Part shown: positions 20,501-32,500 of the stretch, in pieces | Layout: the number at the start of each line of letters is the position of its first letter | Numbering within the stretch: the first letter of the stretch is position 1 | IMG/VR virus record: IMGVR_UViG_3300025853_000044 | Span: 31,368-95,367 of that record | Direction: 5' to 3' (one strand) | Length of the DNA: 64,000 bases | From: a virus | Made by a program: the position numbers and the translations under genes | Notes under the pieces: model-generated | Seen by the model: the letters and a program-made list of their open reading frames with translations, nothing else | Told to the model about the DNA's origin: nothing | Databases searched by the model: none

Positions 20501-23500
20501 TGAGGTTAGGCTCTACACCACTACCTGCGGTTGCAGGCGCAAACCCTTCTGCGCTACGGTCGGACACGGCGTTGAAGGTGCGAATAATCGTACCGAATGG
20601 CGAGCCGCCCTCAATGATGTGGATTTGGCCCGTGTCGTCTTCAACTTGCATCTCTTCAAACTGCAATTCCTCATTGGGGATGGCCAATACATTTCGCAAC
20701 TCATCGGGATGTGCGGCGGCGATTTGTGGGTGTGCCAACTCTTGCGCCTGTATGATGGGGAACATGGCACTGTTGGTTGTTTCAAACGAGAATCGGTTGA
20801 TACCGTACAATTTCTCTCCCATCGTATGCGGTGTGTTACTCAAGACACGAGTGACAAATGGAACAGCACCAAGACCACGAGCATTGACGGCTGGTAACGA
20901 TAGATTACCTCCATCCATACGCTTCCACACAACATGCTCAACGGAGAAGTTCTTGGCGGGTGAGCGTTGATTCATCTTGAAAGCGTTGGTGTCGCCAAGC
21001 CAGTAGTTGGCATCGTCGCCATATCGGTCAAGTTCAGCACTGGTACTCGTTTTGAGGTCTGTAATGAGGTTGCGCTCTACACTGGTAGCGTCTTCCAAAA
21101 AGAAACTACCGGGGCTTTCATCAAGGTCAAAGAATAAATCACCAGTCTTTGCATAGCATGGTTCAGCGTTAAACAGTTCAATATCAGCGGCAAGAGGCGC
21201 ATTGAACAAAAATGGGTCTGCTGGTATATCATCAGCAGGTAGAGACAAATTGGTCACAAGAGCCTCAATGTTTGGCCCACCGTGAGCAGGTGCAACGAAC
21301 CTGTCAACACTGTGGATTCGCTCGTCCCACTGTGCAGTACCAGCAAAGGTGATGGCTGTAGCGGCGGCTACACCACCAGCAGTTTTGTTGACAACAGCCA
21401 ACCAATCACCCATAGCAGTCACACCGTCACGGTCACGCTTTGCTACAAGACCCAATTCACCCTCATACGATATGACAAGGAAGGCACGACCAAAGACACC
21501 TTGTGGGTGATGAAGAGCACGAGGCACTGCATCTGCATCACCGATGTGTACGGGATTAGCGAAGTAGTCCGAGTGTTCCGCATCTGTTTTATCAGTATTA
21601 TATGCAGGATTTGTATTTGTAGAAGCGTAAGTCCATGAGTAGGGTGTAGTGAGCATGGTTTCATCGTTATCTGTTCCACTTATTGGCCCACTGGCTTCGG
21701 GTGAGTTTCGCATTGGTGCGTAGTGTGGTAAATGGCTGTATGTACTCATTACACTTGATGCTGGCCCGTAAGGTGAGAAGCCCAATTTAGCGTGCCATGC
21801 ACCCAAGCCCGCACCGTACAGGTTCGTGGTGAAGGTAAGCGTACCGTTTGTCACAGCCCCACCAGTTGTGCTTGCTGATAATTCAAAGGTCGTAGCATTG
21901 GTGATTGAAACCACAAACGCACCCGCTGGTATGCCTGTTCCGCTCACCAGCATGTTTTTCTTGAGTAAAGCAGTTGAGTCCATTGTAATGGTCGTAGCGT
22001 TGTTGTAATCACAAGTCGCATCGGTAAATGATGAAGTTGTAACTTTCAACGAATTAAGGTATGAGTATCGCTCACCCGACCAGCCCATTGCACCTACGGG
22101 TCGTGTGCGGTCTATGGCATCCACAAGGCCACTAAAGTGAGAACGAGTCATGTGGTCACGAGGTGTGTCGTAAGCGTTGTTGTGGTAATGTACGCCCGAC
22201 TTGCTCCACACATACAATTTAGTTGGAAGGTTTGGTGGCACAGCCGTGAGGTCAAAGTCGGGCACAGTTATACCCGCACTTTCACACCTATTGTGCCAAG
22301 TTGTCATGTCCTCAAACTGTGCTTTACCAGTAATTTTGTTTGGTGCCAACCAAAATCGCACAGTCAGCACACCAGCCTTTTCATAAATTTCACGAGAATG
22401 ATATGGAGCAAATGCAGGACAGGAATTATTTGGCGCAGTGGACGGGTGGCTTCTTCCACCCGTATCGGTACGAATCCAACCACATGCTGGTATTTGCTCT
22501 AAAACATCTCTTGTTGAACCCGCAATTGAACCTTCAATGTATGATTGTGAACTGCCACCAGTGGTAGCATTTTGATAAGAATTTGATGGGTCACCATAGT
22601 CCATTTCAATCCAACCGTAGCGGTCTTGGCGTTGAGCGTTGCTCATGCTTGGCATAAAGGTACCACCCATGGCTTTGAGTGCGCCCTTGCCGGGATTTTC
22701 GTTAATGGCTTGGCCGATGATAGTCGCTAACTCTTCACCGTTTTGACAGCGTGTGCCATCTACGACAATTATTTCACGGTCAAAGTCTGTCGCTGTTTCA
22801 CCCAATGAACCAGCAAGCACGCTTTTGGCAATCACACCCGACACACGGTAAGCCGTAGGTTGTACAGCGTTTGCAAACAGTTTACTGATTTGCAAGTCGT
22901 CCTTTTCCATGGGTGGGTTGAATGCCATTTGGTTGTCCATCCATGAACCACCGGGGTGGTAGCCACCGTCCATGTGGAAAGTCATGTCAGCACTCATAGC
23001 AATGCCGTAGTATGCCATGGCGCAATGTTGGTAGGGATGTGCTTTCTTGTAATCAGCCTCGTTGTTTGCTACCACTCTACCACTTACGGGATTCATGAAA
23101 TGCTCACCGTAATGGTAGCCGTGTTCGGGTCGTTGTTTCAACCCATAACCACTCGCTCCTGTGTCGCCAATGTTTGGTGTCCCTTGTGCTGGCGACCAAT
23201 TCAATGTTGTTTGCCAGTGGAAACGATTCCGTCTTGATTGGTAATTAGCATCGGGTGGGCCGTAATCGTTGTCGTTGTTGGTAATCTCGTTGGGTAGGTT
23301 CTTGCTGTGAGGTACCTTACTCCATGAGTTTCCTGTTGTGACAACATATCCGGGGTGAGGCTCTACAACACCGAGGTTGCTTGCTGTTTCATTGAATGGG
23401 AAGGCTTGACCGGGGCCGTAGATGAGGTAAGTCGTGAAATACGGCGTGGCGGTCTTGTGGTCGGTATAGCGTGCCGTTTGATGAGGCATACGCATGATGA

Positions 23501-26500
23501 GTGGGATTGGACGCTGGCGTACAATTCCCGCAGTGTAGCGTGCTGTGACATGCGAAGGTTGACCCGATGCCAAATTGGGTAGAGTTCCACTGTCAATATC
23601 GGCAGATAGCACATTGTTTTGATTGTAGGCTGGTGGGTTGATGCTACCACGATGTTGATTGAGATATGGGGTACCGGGGAAGAAAGCAAGCAGGGCGTTG
23701 CAATCCATCAACGCATACGCTGTGCTGATTTCGTTAGCGTTCTGTATGCCTGCTGTACCAGTCGGGCCGTTGGAGTATGGATGTGTGTAGAATGACGAGT
23801 AATCGTTTTGCGAACCGTCGTTGACATCCAACACCACACCGCTAAATCCACCACCAAAGTAGAGTGGAACGCTGTGGTCGTTGCTGTCACGCCCGTTCTT
23901 GAAGTAAGTAACTGGTTCACTCTCAATGCTTCCATACAAACGATAACCGCTGAAATCCTTGTCAGCATGAAGCATCAACAAAACATCGGCCCTATCAGCA
24001 CTTGCTCCGTACAATGTATTCCATTCTTCGTTGTAATTTATTGCAACAACTTTCAGTTTGGTTGCAGAATTAGCACCTTGAACAGAAGTCACAGTAGCGA
24101 ACCTGTTGCTTCCCGACCAAATGACCTTTGCATCACCGAAAGAAACCAACTTGGTAAGGCTGTCAAATGTAGCCGCTTCTTCCCCTGCCGGAACAAGTAT
24201 ATGTGTCGTTGTTTCACCGGAATTTGTAGTAAAAACATCATCACTGTGGGTAAAGTCTGTAGTCACCAAGGCGTTGTCAAGAGCGGGTAAAATGTGGTCG
24301 CCGCTACGAGAAGTGTAAGTCAATCCTTTGAGGTTATTCGCCCAAGTCTTGGTAGGCACAGGGTCGTTATAGGAGTCAACAAGAATGGGTGTGGGTGTGT
24401 TGGTGTGATAACCACGGGCTTTTGTGCGAATCTGTAAGACAGTGTGGGGTAAGTAGCCGCAATCTACTTTGCGGTGATTGTCTTCAATATCAGCATCCGA
24501 TACAGGTTTGTTGAAAGCCGCCGGTGCCGTGACCGTCCATTGACTGTTTGATGACTGGTCAAGTTTTTCGTACTCACCAAATTCAAGATGTGGTGCCTCA
24601 ATACCCAAGTCTCGGTGCAGTGATGCCTCAAACATTGTGGACAGTGGGCGTGCGCCACGCTGTGGGTTGTGGGCACGGATTCGGATGGCATCAGCGGCCA
24701 CACCCCACTCTCCAAAGGTACGCCCGTCAACCGCATACATGTGTCGGCAATCAAACGGAATGCCTTCGGGTGTGTTTGGGTCGGCCATGTTGATAGCCTC
24801 GGCAGTGACAGCCGCCATCAACTCATCAGTCATCAGCGTTGTCCAATTGATTCGTGGTGAAATAAGTGCTTTGATGATGCGGTCTGTAGATGCGTTAAAC
24901 ATTGACACCGCAGTATTGGTGAGAGAAGTTGCCGTAAGACCGGTCAATGAGTGAGATGCTGTAAACTCACTTCCTCTCACACCGTAGAATGTGTGAACTC
25001 CCGAATCACCAGCACTGTTCAGTTGTGTACGGCTTTCGTAAGAGATGACATTCCCCACAGTTCCCTTATCCGTTGTACCAGTCATCGGGTCAGTGATTTG
25101 AATGACACCGTTTTGACGAGGGAAACCGAGATAACCAAGAATGTCGGGGTGGTTGCCAAGTTCTTGCCCGCTATCAAACGGCGCACCAAGTTGTACCGTA
25201 AGCGTGGTTGCACTTGCATCCCAAGAAATAGCACAATCAATTCCAGCCGAAGGAGCATACACCCCTCGCCATTGATTCCCTCGCCAACTGTTCATCGTGA
25301 CAGTAGTGACATCCAATCGCCCTGTAGCATCACCAAAGCCAAGCATGTGCTGTCCAATGGTAAAACCACCCTTAGCCACATCCCCATCGTTAAAGTAAAC
25401 GCAAATCTCATCATCAAGTGTAGAGGGTATGGTTGTCAAATCGTTGGCAAACGCTTCATCCATTTTGCGATAAATGAAACGCACACCGTAACCTTGTCCT
25501 CGGTGGTCGTTAAAGCGGAAACCGTACAATGGTGTGTCTCCTACCGCATCGTCTGTTATTTCAGCAGTGTTTACATGTCCACTGTATGAAGTGATGGCTG
25601 TAGGGGATGTGCCCGCTTTGGGTAAGCCTTCGTTGTACAACTTGTCAAACTCGTCATCACCCTTGCGCCCAAGCCCATGCTTACCAGCGATAGGTGAAAA
25701 TCCCGGTACCCCCGACGCTACAAGCCCACCGAAGTTGATACGACCAGTTGCTTGTTTGCCCATTCGCAATCCCTTAACCAACGCAGTGGACGGGCTTTGT
25801 GTTTCAAACGATTCGTCGTTTACGCTGTTATGTGCGATACCACCAAGATGAGCGGAAATGTTTCGTCCCTTGGGGTTAGCCGTTTCATTACGGCGTGGGG
25901 TAATATCGTGATTACTGGTGAAAGCCTCATCCGGTTCTTCTTGTGCTACGAACTCACGCAAAGTAGAGACTGGTGCAAATGGCCTTCCATCCTTGTTAAG
26001 CGGCATAGGGGCAGGGTGCATGTTTTCACTCAGTATTTCATCGGGTTGTGCCCAAAAATTGCGGAAACGACCACCATGACCGATGAGGAATTGCGGTTGA
26101 TAGGAAGATTGCCCTTTGCTGTTGTCAAGCCACACACAGAAGTTGCGACCCGATGCACCGGGAATAGTAGAGTGAATAACAATGCTATAGCCCTCGTTGC
26201 CGTTGATGTCTTCAACAACCCGACCCATGTGCGCCCGAACATAACCCATGTGTGAACCACGGTCATGTGAGTCAAAGGCGATGTCTCCATACCAAAAGGG
26301 AGCAGGGTCATAGGTAGAGCCTGTAGCCGCAAAATCAGCGTTGATGTGAGCGGAGGTTGGGTCTTTGTTCGGGTCTGCTGTGTCTTGTCGCACACCAATA
26401 CGAGTGAGGTCAAGCCGCTCACTTTCACCGGGGTATTGTTGTGATGGACGACGAGCATGTGTGCGACCGTTAAGCGCACCCCCTTGATTGATGAGGCGCA

Positions 26501-29500
26501 CCATTTCTCGTGCCGCCGCCTCAATATCCGTGACACCTTCCTTCACACCAACTTCACCCAAATCAAGTGTCATGCGGCGTACAAAGTCCATCTGTGTCCA
26601 ATGTTTGAGGTGTTGCAAGCGAGACTCTTCATGGCTGGCAAGTTCAAGTGTAGTGTTTCTTTTCCCCTTCAAACAAAGGAATGCTGAGATAACACGAGTA
26701 CCATCGGGTGTGTCAAAGAGCGTGCTTGCATCTTTCAAAGAGTGCGTAGCGGGGTTTTGAGTTGCACGGTGTAATTTTAGTTCACGCAACAACAAATCTC
26801 CTTCTTTTGCTTTGCGAATCAACTTGTGAATTTCATTTGCGTAATACACTGATGCCACAGCAGGTTGTACACGAGGAAGCACGCTATCACCCACAGTATG
26901 TGTGTTCCCTGTTTCTTCGTGATATAATCCAGTATGTACAAAGTGTCCGTGTCCCTTACCTCGCAACAACGGATTGTTCCCAAGGCTACTTGGGTCTTGT
27001 AGGGTGTATTTGGTATCGGAGCCGGGTGTGCCGTCCACGAGGTCTTGTGATGCTGTATTGGGCACATTGTGTGCGTAGGCACTCTCAATGAATTTTGATT
27101 GTTGCGTAGAGCGCACATACTTGTTCTCCGATGGGAACCCATTGGCTACATCTATCTGCGTAGTGAAGTAATGGGGAGCACCGCCGTTGACACTGATAAG
27201 ATGCTTGTCAAGTTTGATGGTGCCACCTTCGTATGCGATGTTGCGAGTAAAACCAATTGTTGGTGTATCGGCACTGGATTGCACTTGCATGTGAAGGTCG
27301 TGAAAGGCAATGAACTCACGGTCATGTCCCACATCAAACAAAAGGACACGAGCATTACCGTCAGTAGAAAGGTATGGGTCAATGTAGGCCACGGTGGGAG
27401 CCTGCGTTGCGTCCAGCCCCATAGCCTCGTAATTCATCTCCACTGTCTTGTTTACATGCTGAGCAAAGTTTTGCGCTGTTTCAAGACACGAGTTGCCAAT
27501 CAAGAAGTTTTCAAGCGGAATAGAATCTCTTGGACGATTTGCCAGTGCCCCTTCGCCACCGTTAAATCCACTCCAAACAAAAGCCTCATTCATTACACCT
27601 CTACTTTTGGCGAACAACCCTTCCACAGCATGTGGATTATTGATGGTCATGTTCATCCAAACGGTATCTCCATCTCGTAGTCCACCTTGAGCGAATGGAT
27701 AGACCCAACTTCGGTTGAGAATGGCATCAGCGTCATTCTGCACAACGGTGCCTACACCTATACGCACATCGTCGCCATTTGCTACAGCAACAGCATTTGC
27801 GGCCACAAGCGTGACAACTGTGTGTGCCCCGCTTGTCAAATTGGACTTTACATCTGCAACTTCACCCACATATTTTATGACATTGCTTGAATCTTCAAGG
27901 AATAACAAATCACCAGTACGAATGTTCGTACCGATGGTGTTAGCATGAGCAAAGCGATTATTTCCGTTTGTGATGTTTAGCGTTGTGGATGCACCTGCTG
28001 ATGTGGCACCTACAAATGTCCACTGCTCGGCTGATGTAGATGGATGGAAAGTAGCCGTTTGCAACTCTTGGTTTTGCATGTTTGCGGGATTCACTATGGA
28101 TTGGAAGGCGTTTCCTGCTTTTACAAGTTTAAACTCAGCCCCAACGAAGTCTCCAACAGTCAGCGAAACATTTTTTGGTGTTGTTACCAATACAGAATTT
28201 GCACCTGCTATTGAATCCAACTTGCCTAAATAGTACACTTCAAGCGGAGTGTCTGTGCCAATTTCAGCAATGTAGGTTAAATCGCCTTGTTCAGCGATGC
28301 TGTTATTATTGCTGTCCCTTGAGTATGGAACATCGGGAAAAAGTGAAGCATCATCAAGAATGATGTTGAATTGAAAGCCATCGGTTGCATTACCACTTAT
28401 TTCTTGTACTTGCATGATGGTTGATTTTGCTCGTTTTGATATGGTGCGAGGTGCGTGTGGGTTGGCCAATGGGCCAGCCTTGAACTCCACGGCTGAAACA
28501 TACTGGCGCAGGCCGTAATCAAGGTTCCCACCTTGCGTTTTCATGTTTGCCGCATCGTAATAAAATGGTGAGCGGCCTTCCAAATCCGACGATGGTAACT
28601 CAGCATCGGAGTCAATCGGCATGAGCGTTTCATTTCGGAAGCCGCCACCTGTATGGATTTTTGCCCCAACAATGGCGTTTTGGAAGAATGTCTCGGAATA
28701 CCCATCAAAATAACCTCCTGTAGCATTGATTGGAATTGACAAAAACCCATCCAACGCTGGATTATTGTCATACACAGCCCATTCTCCGCTGGTGAGAAAT
28801 ACCCTGCGTAGGCGGTTAATCCCCTTGAGATTACCCACATCATCAGCCGCTACAATTGTAGGCGTAGCATCGGAAGAGTTTGTGGCATCGGGGAACATGT
28901 TTGGATGAGATACAAAAATGTGGAAGTGGTTGGTGTAAGTCGTGCCTCCTGTGCCTGTGCCTGTGCTTGTGTGTTTGTGGCTTGCAGTAGCATCTTCAAT
29001 ACGAAGAATGGTAGCCGACTCAATGTAATTTTGATTATTGATAGTGTACGAATACGCTGATTTTGCGCTCTTATCCGCTGTGGCAACATCGTTTGCTCTT
29101 CTACCCACTGGTGTTGGGTTCCATGTGTGAGCGGTGTAGGTAGCATCTACATGCACTTTCATGCTGTTATCGGGGCCGGGGAAAATACCAAGGTCGGTGT
29201 GGTCAAAGAATTGCTGAGGAAATATCGGTATCTCAACCATGGCACGGGTACTGGCATATTGAGTGCCCAACTGATAGTCGTGCGTTACATCGTCAAGCGA
29301 TTGGAACAAGCGGTCATTGACGGTGCTACCGTCCTGTGTCAATGAGTCGTTGTCAAAGTCTCCATCGTTGAAGATGTAAACCGAGGTCAAATAAGTGCCT
29401 GCTGAGCCTTGACTGATGATACCTGTGGCGTTACACCACTCGTGGAAAGTCGCATACGCCGTACCTGCACCATCCAAAAATGTTCTACTGGCCACTGCAT

Positions 29501-32500
29501 TGCTTTCACTGAAATAGAATCCTGCGCCCGTTTTTTCTGTGTATGCCGCACTTGCACCGTCTTCAAGGAATATGCGCCCTACCTGTGGGAAACAAATAGT
29601 TCCCCATGATTTAAGGTCGGGGGAGTCGTTGTTGAGCGGTGTGACGCTCATGCTAAAGGCACCAGTGGTGGTGACTATTCGTGCCTGTGTAGCGCAACTG
29701 CGACGAGTAGAACCCGGAAGTCGCATCAGCGGGCTTGGGTCAAAGGTAGGCTTGGTGTTCACACCGCCCTGCCCCGGCCCACCAAGCGTGACCGTGACCA
29801 CGGGTGCGTTGGGTTCAATCTCCTTTACCACATGCGAGTCGGGCGAGCCACTACCAACAGCAGAGACATTCTCATTCACGAAGGAGTCAGCGATGCCCGA
29901 AGCAGTGATAACCACCGTGGTCATGTTGGTTTCGGGGCTTTCTTGCTTGGATACTCCACGCACACGACAGCGGCTCATGAGGAACATGATGCTGGCGATG
30001 TTGGGTGAATCACCTGCGCCAAGGGAACGCACCAGCGACAATTGATTTACTCGTGATTTAACAGACGGCTGAACGAAAATCTTCGCCATGATGCCCGCTT
30101 CATCAGTAATCAAAACATTGTCAATGATGTTAAACATCTCAAAGACACGACTTGAATGTGTGGTGGGGCCGAGGTCAAACACACCTGTGCCCGACTTGTC
30201 GGTGGTGGGCTGGCGTGTGCGTTTGCCTGCGCCTTCGTCGGTGATGGTGTCGCTTTGACTGGACGACATCGCTTCAATGGCAAGACGGTGGTACACGGAT
30301 TCGTGCGTGCCTCCGTTGTGGGAACGAGCGACGGCCTTTGGTGGGCCTGCTGGTTCAGCATTGACATCGTTTGGTGGTGTGTACAATGCAGGTGTACGGC
30401 TAAGGTCAAGTTCAGTGTCGCTGTCCTGCCCGCCCGTGTTGTCACCAATCAGCGTGTGTGACTCCTGCATGAGTGAACCGTAGCCACTGATGGCGTTTGA
30501 CAGGTAAATCACACCACCGGGCGAATAGAGTGTGGTGTTGGCAAGGTCGGAGGTGATGACATCCAACACCCGTGTTGTGCCAGTGAGAATGTGAGAACCT
30601 GCTGGTACGGTCTTGGTGACCATGAGCATGGGGGTGGATTGTCCCATGCTTGCTCCTGTGAGGTCTATGGCGTTGTAATGCACCTCAACATACGGGGCAA
30701 GGTCATGCGAAGTCCTCAAGGCAGGGACATGCAGAAGGGCCACACGGCTTTCGCTTTCGGGTGTAAGGTGGAAGAGGCGGTTGTTCTCGTCAATGTCGCC
30801 TGCTTCGGGCACCGGGCCTTTGAGCATAAACGGAGCATACTTGAAGCCGCTACCGCCAATGGCGATGAGTTCCTTCTTGCTGGCAGGCATACCGTTGTTG
30901 ACGATGGTAGCAACGCTGGACGAGTTCTCAATGCGAGCGATGGGTGCTTCCAGTGTTTCGCTGTAGAAGTCAAGAAGTGAGTTCATTGGGAACATCTCGT
31001 CAATGTCACGAGTGTTGGAGTCATACGCCATCTGCACGATGTCAGCGGAGCCGTCAGCCTGCTGGTCAATGATGAGTTCACTGGGCTTGGGATAGCGGCG
31101 CATGTACTCGTGGCCGATGATGTGCGAGAAAGTGTGCCGCCCACTGTGTCCTACTTGGAACAGGGTGTCAAGAGTGGCTGGCCATGTCACGGCGTAAGGG
31201 TTGTTGGTGGTGTCAGTGGCCATCTGCGAAGAGTACACCAGCCCGTGATTACTGGCATTACCTTCGTCAAGCACCATCTGTCCCGTCTTGTCAAAGATTT
31301 GAGTGCCGTAGTGCGGAGGTTGGTATGGCTTACCCGTGCCGTTGTCAATGAGCAGGTCGGCCCCGATGACCACGAAATAATTGTCCACATTGGCTGTACG
31401 GCTGTGCAAAGCACCTCGCAGACCACTTGTACCGTTGATGAAATCTACATGAATGCTGTTGAATGTCACAACACCCGTGTTTCCATTGATGCTTTCCAGT
31501 CGTACCCTTTCGGGTGGGGATTGGTTGGGCTTCTGCGTGTTGCGATTGATGGCACCGGGGTTGATGAGTAGGTTGTAAGGTGTGTGCGCTACGCTTAGGG
31601 TAGCGGCTGTGCCACTGTTAGTGTAGTAGTCCACGACCTTGTAGTTGCCCATGCTATACGGTGTGCTTGTGAATGTGGTTGTTGGTGAAGTAGCGTCGTA
31701 TGCCTTGCCGGTCAAGCGAGCGATAAGCGTCTGTGCATCAGCCGCCGTCATGGTTAGCGTTTTTGTTGTTCCATCGCTGGCCGCTGTAAATGCAGAAAAC
31801 TCGTAAGTTCCCTCTACGATGTCTATTGGCTCTTCAAATCGGAAGAGTGCCGAAGTTGTATTACCCTTGATGGCCATAGATGGTTGAAGCATATTCTCAT
31901 CAAATTCGTTTGAGAAGTGAATGGCTTCAATTGCACCACGGAACTCACCACCTTTACCACCGAGGTACACATGCTCAGTAGAGCGTGCAAGGCGTGTTTC
32001 GGGCGGAATGTCTTGTTGAGACACAATTTCACCGTTGACAGCCAAGAACACACGGTTCTTTTGAATACCAGCCACGACATGATATAGCGGTCGGTTGTTG
32101 AAGTTGAGGTTGGTGGCATCACCGTAGTTGCTCTTGTCGTAGCGATTGTACGAGTCGTGGATGCCGCCGTGTTCTTGCTGTGGGTACACGATACCGTCCC
32201 ATCGTGTACTGGCATCGTAGGCAGTAGCCAAGCGGAAATACGATGGGCCAGCGATAGATTCAACATTAACGCTGAACACAGCGGGGCCGGGAGTATCCAC
32301 GGTACCCATTTCAAGTGTAAACTGCCCCTCTCGGTGAGCAATCACACCGCCACAGTCGGGTACAACCCATGCCTCAATTACGAAGTCTCCCGCCGCCTTA
32401 TCGTTGATTGTGGCAGAATCTCCAACTCCTTGCAGTGTCTTGGTCATGACCTTAGTACCACTACTGTCCTTTACACCCGTCTTGGTGAAGCGTCCTTGAG

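Noticed and set aside
17271-22028. Diversity-generating retroelement template/variable repeat pair
   Set aside because: No reverse transcriptase in the window, both copies are coding, and the differences are not adenine-specific.
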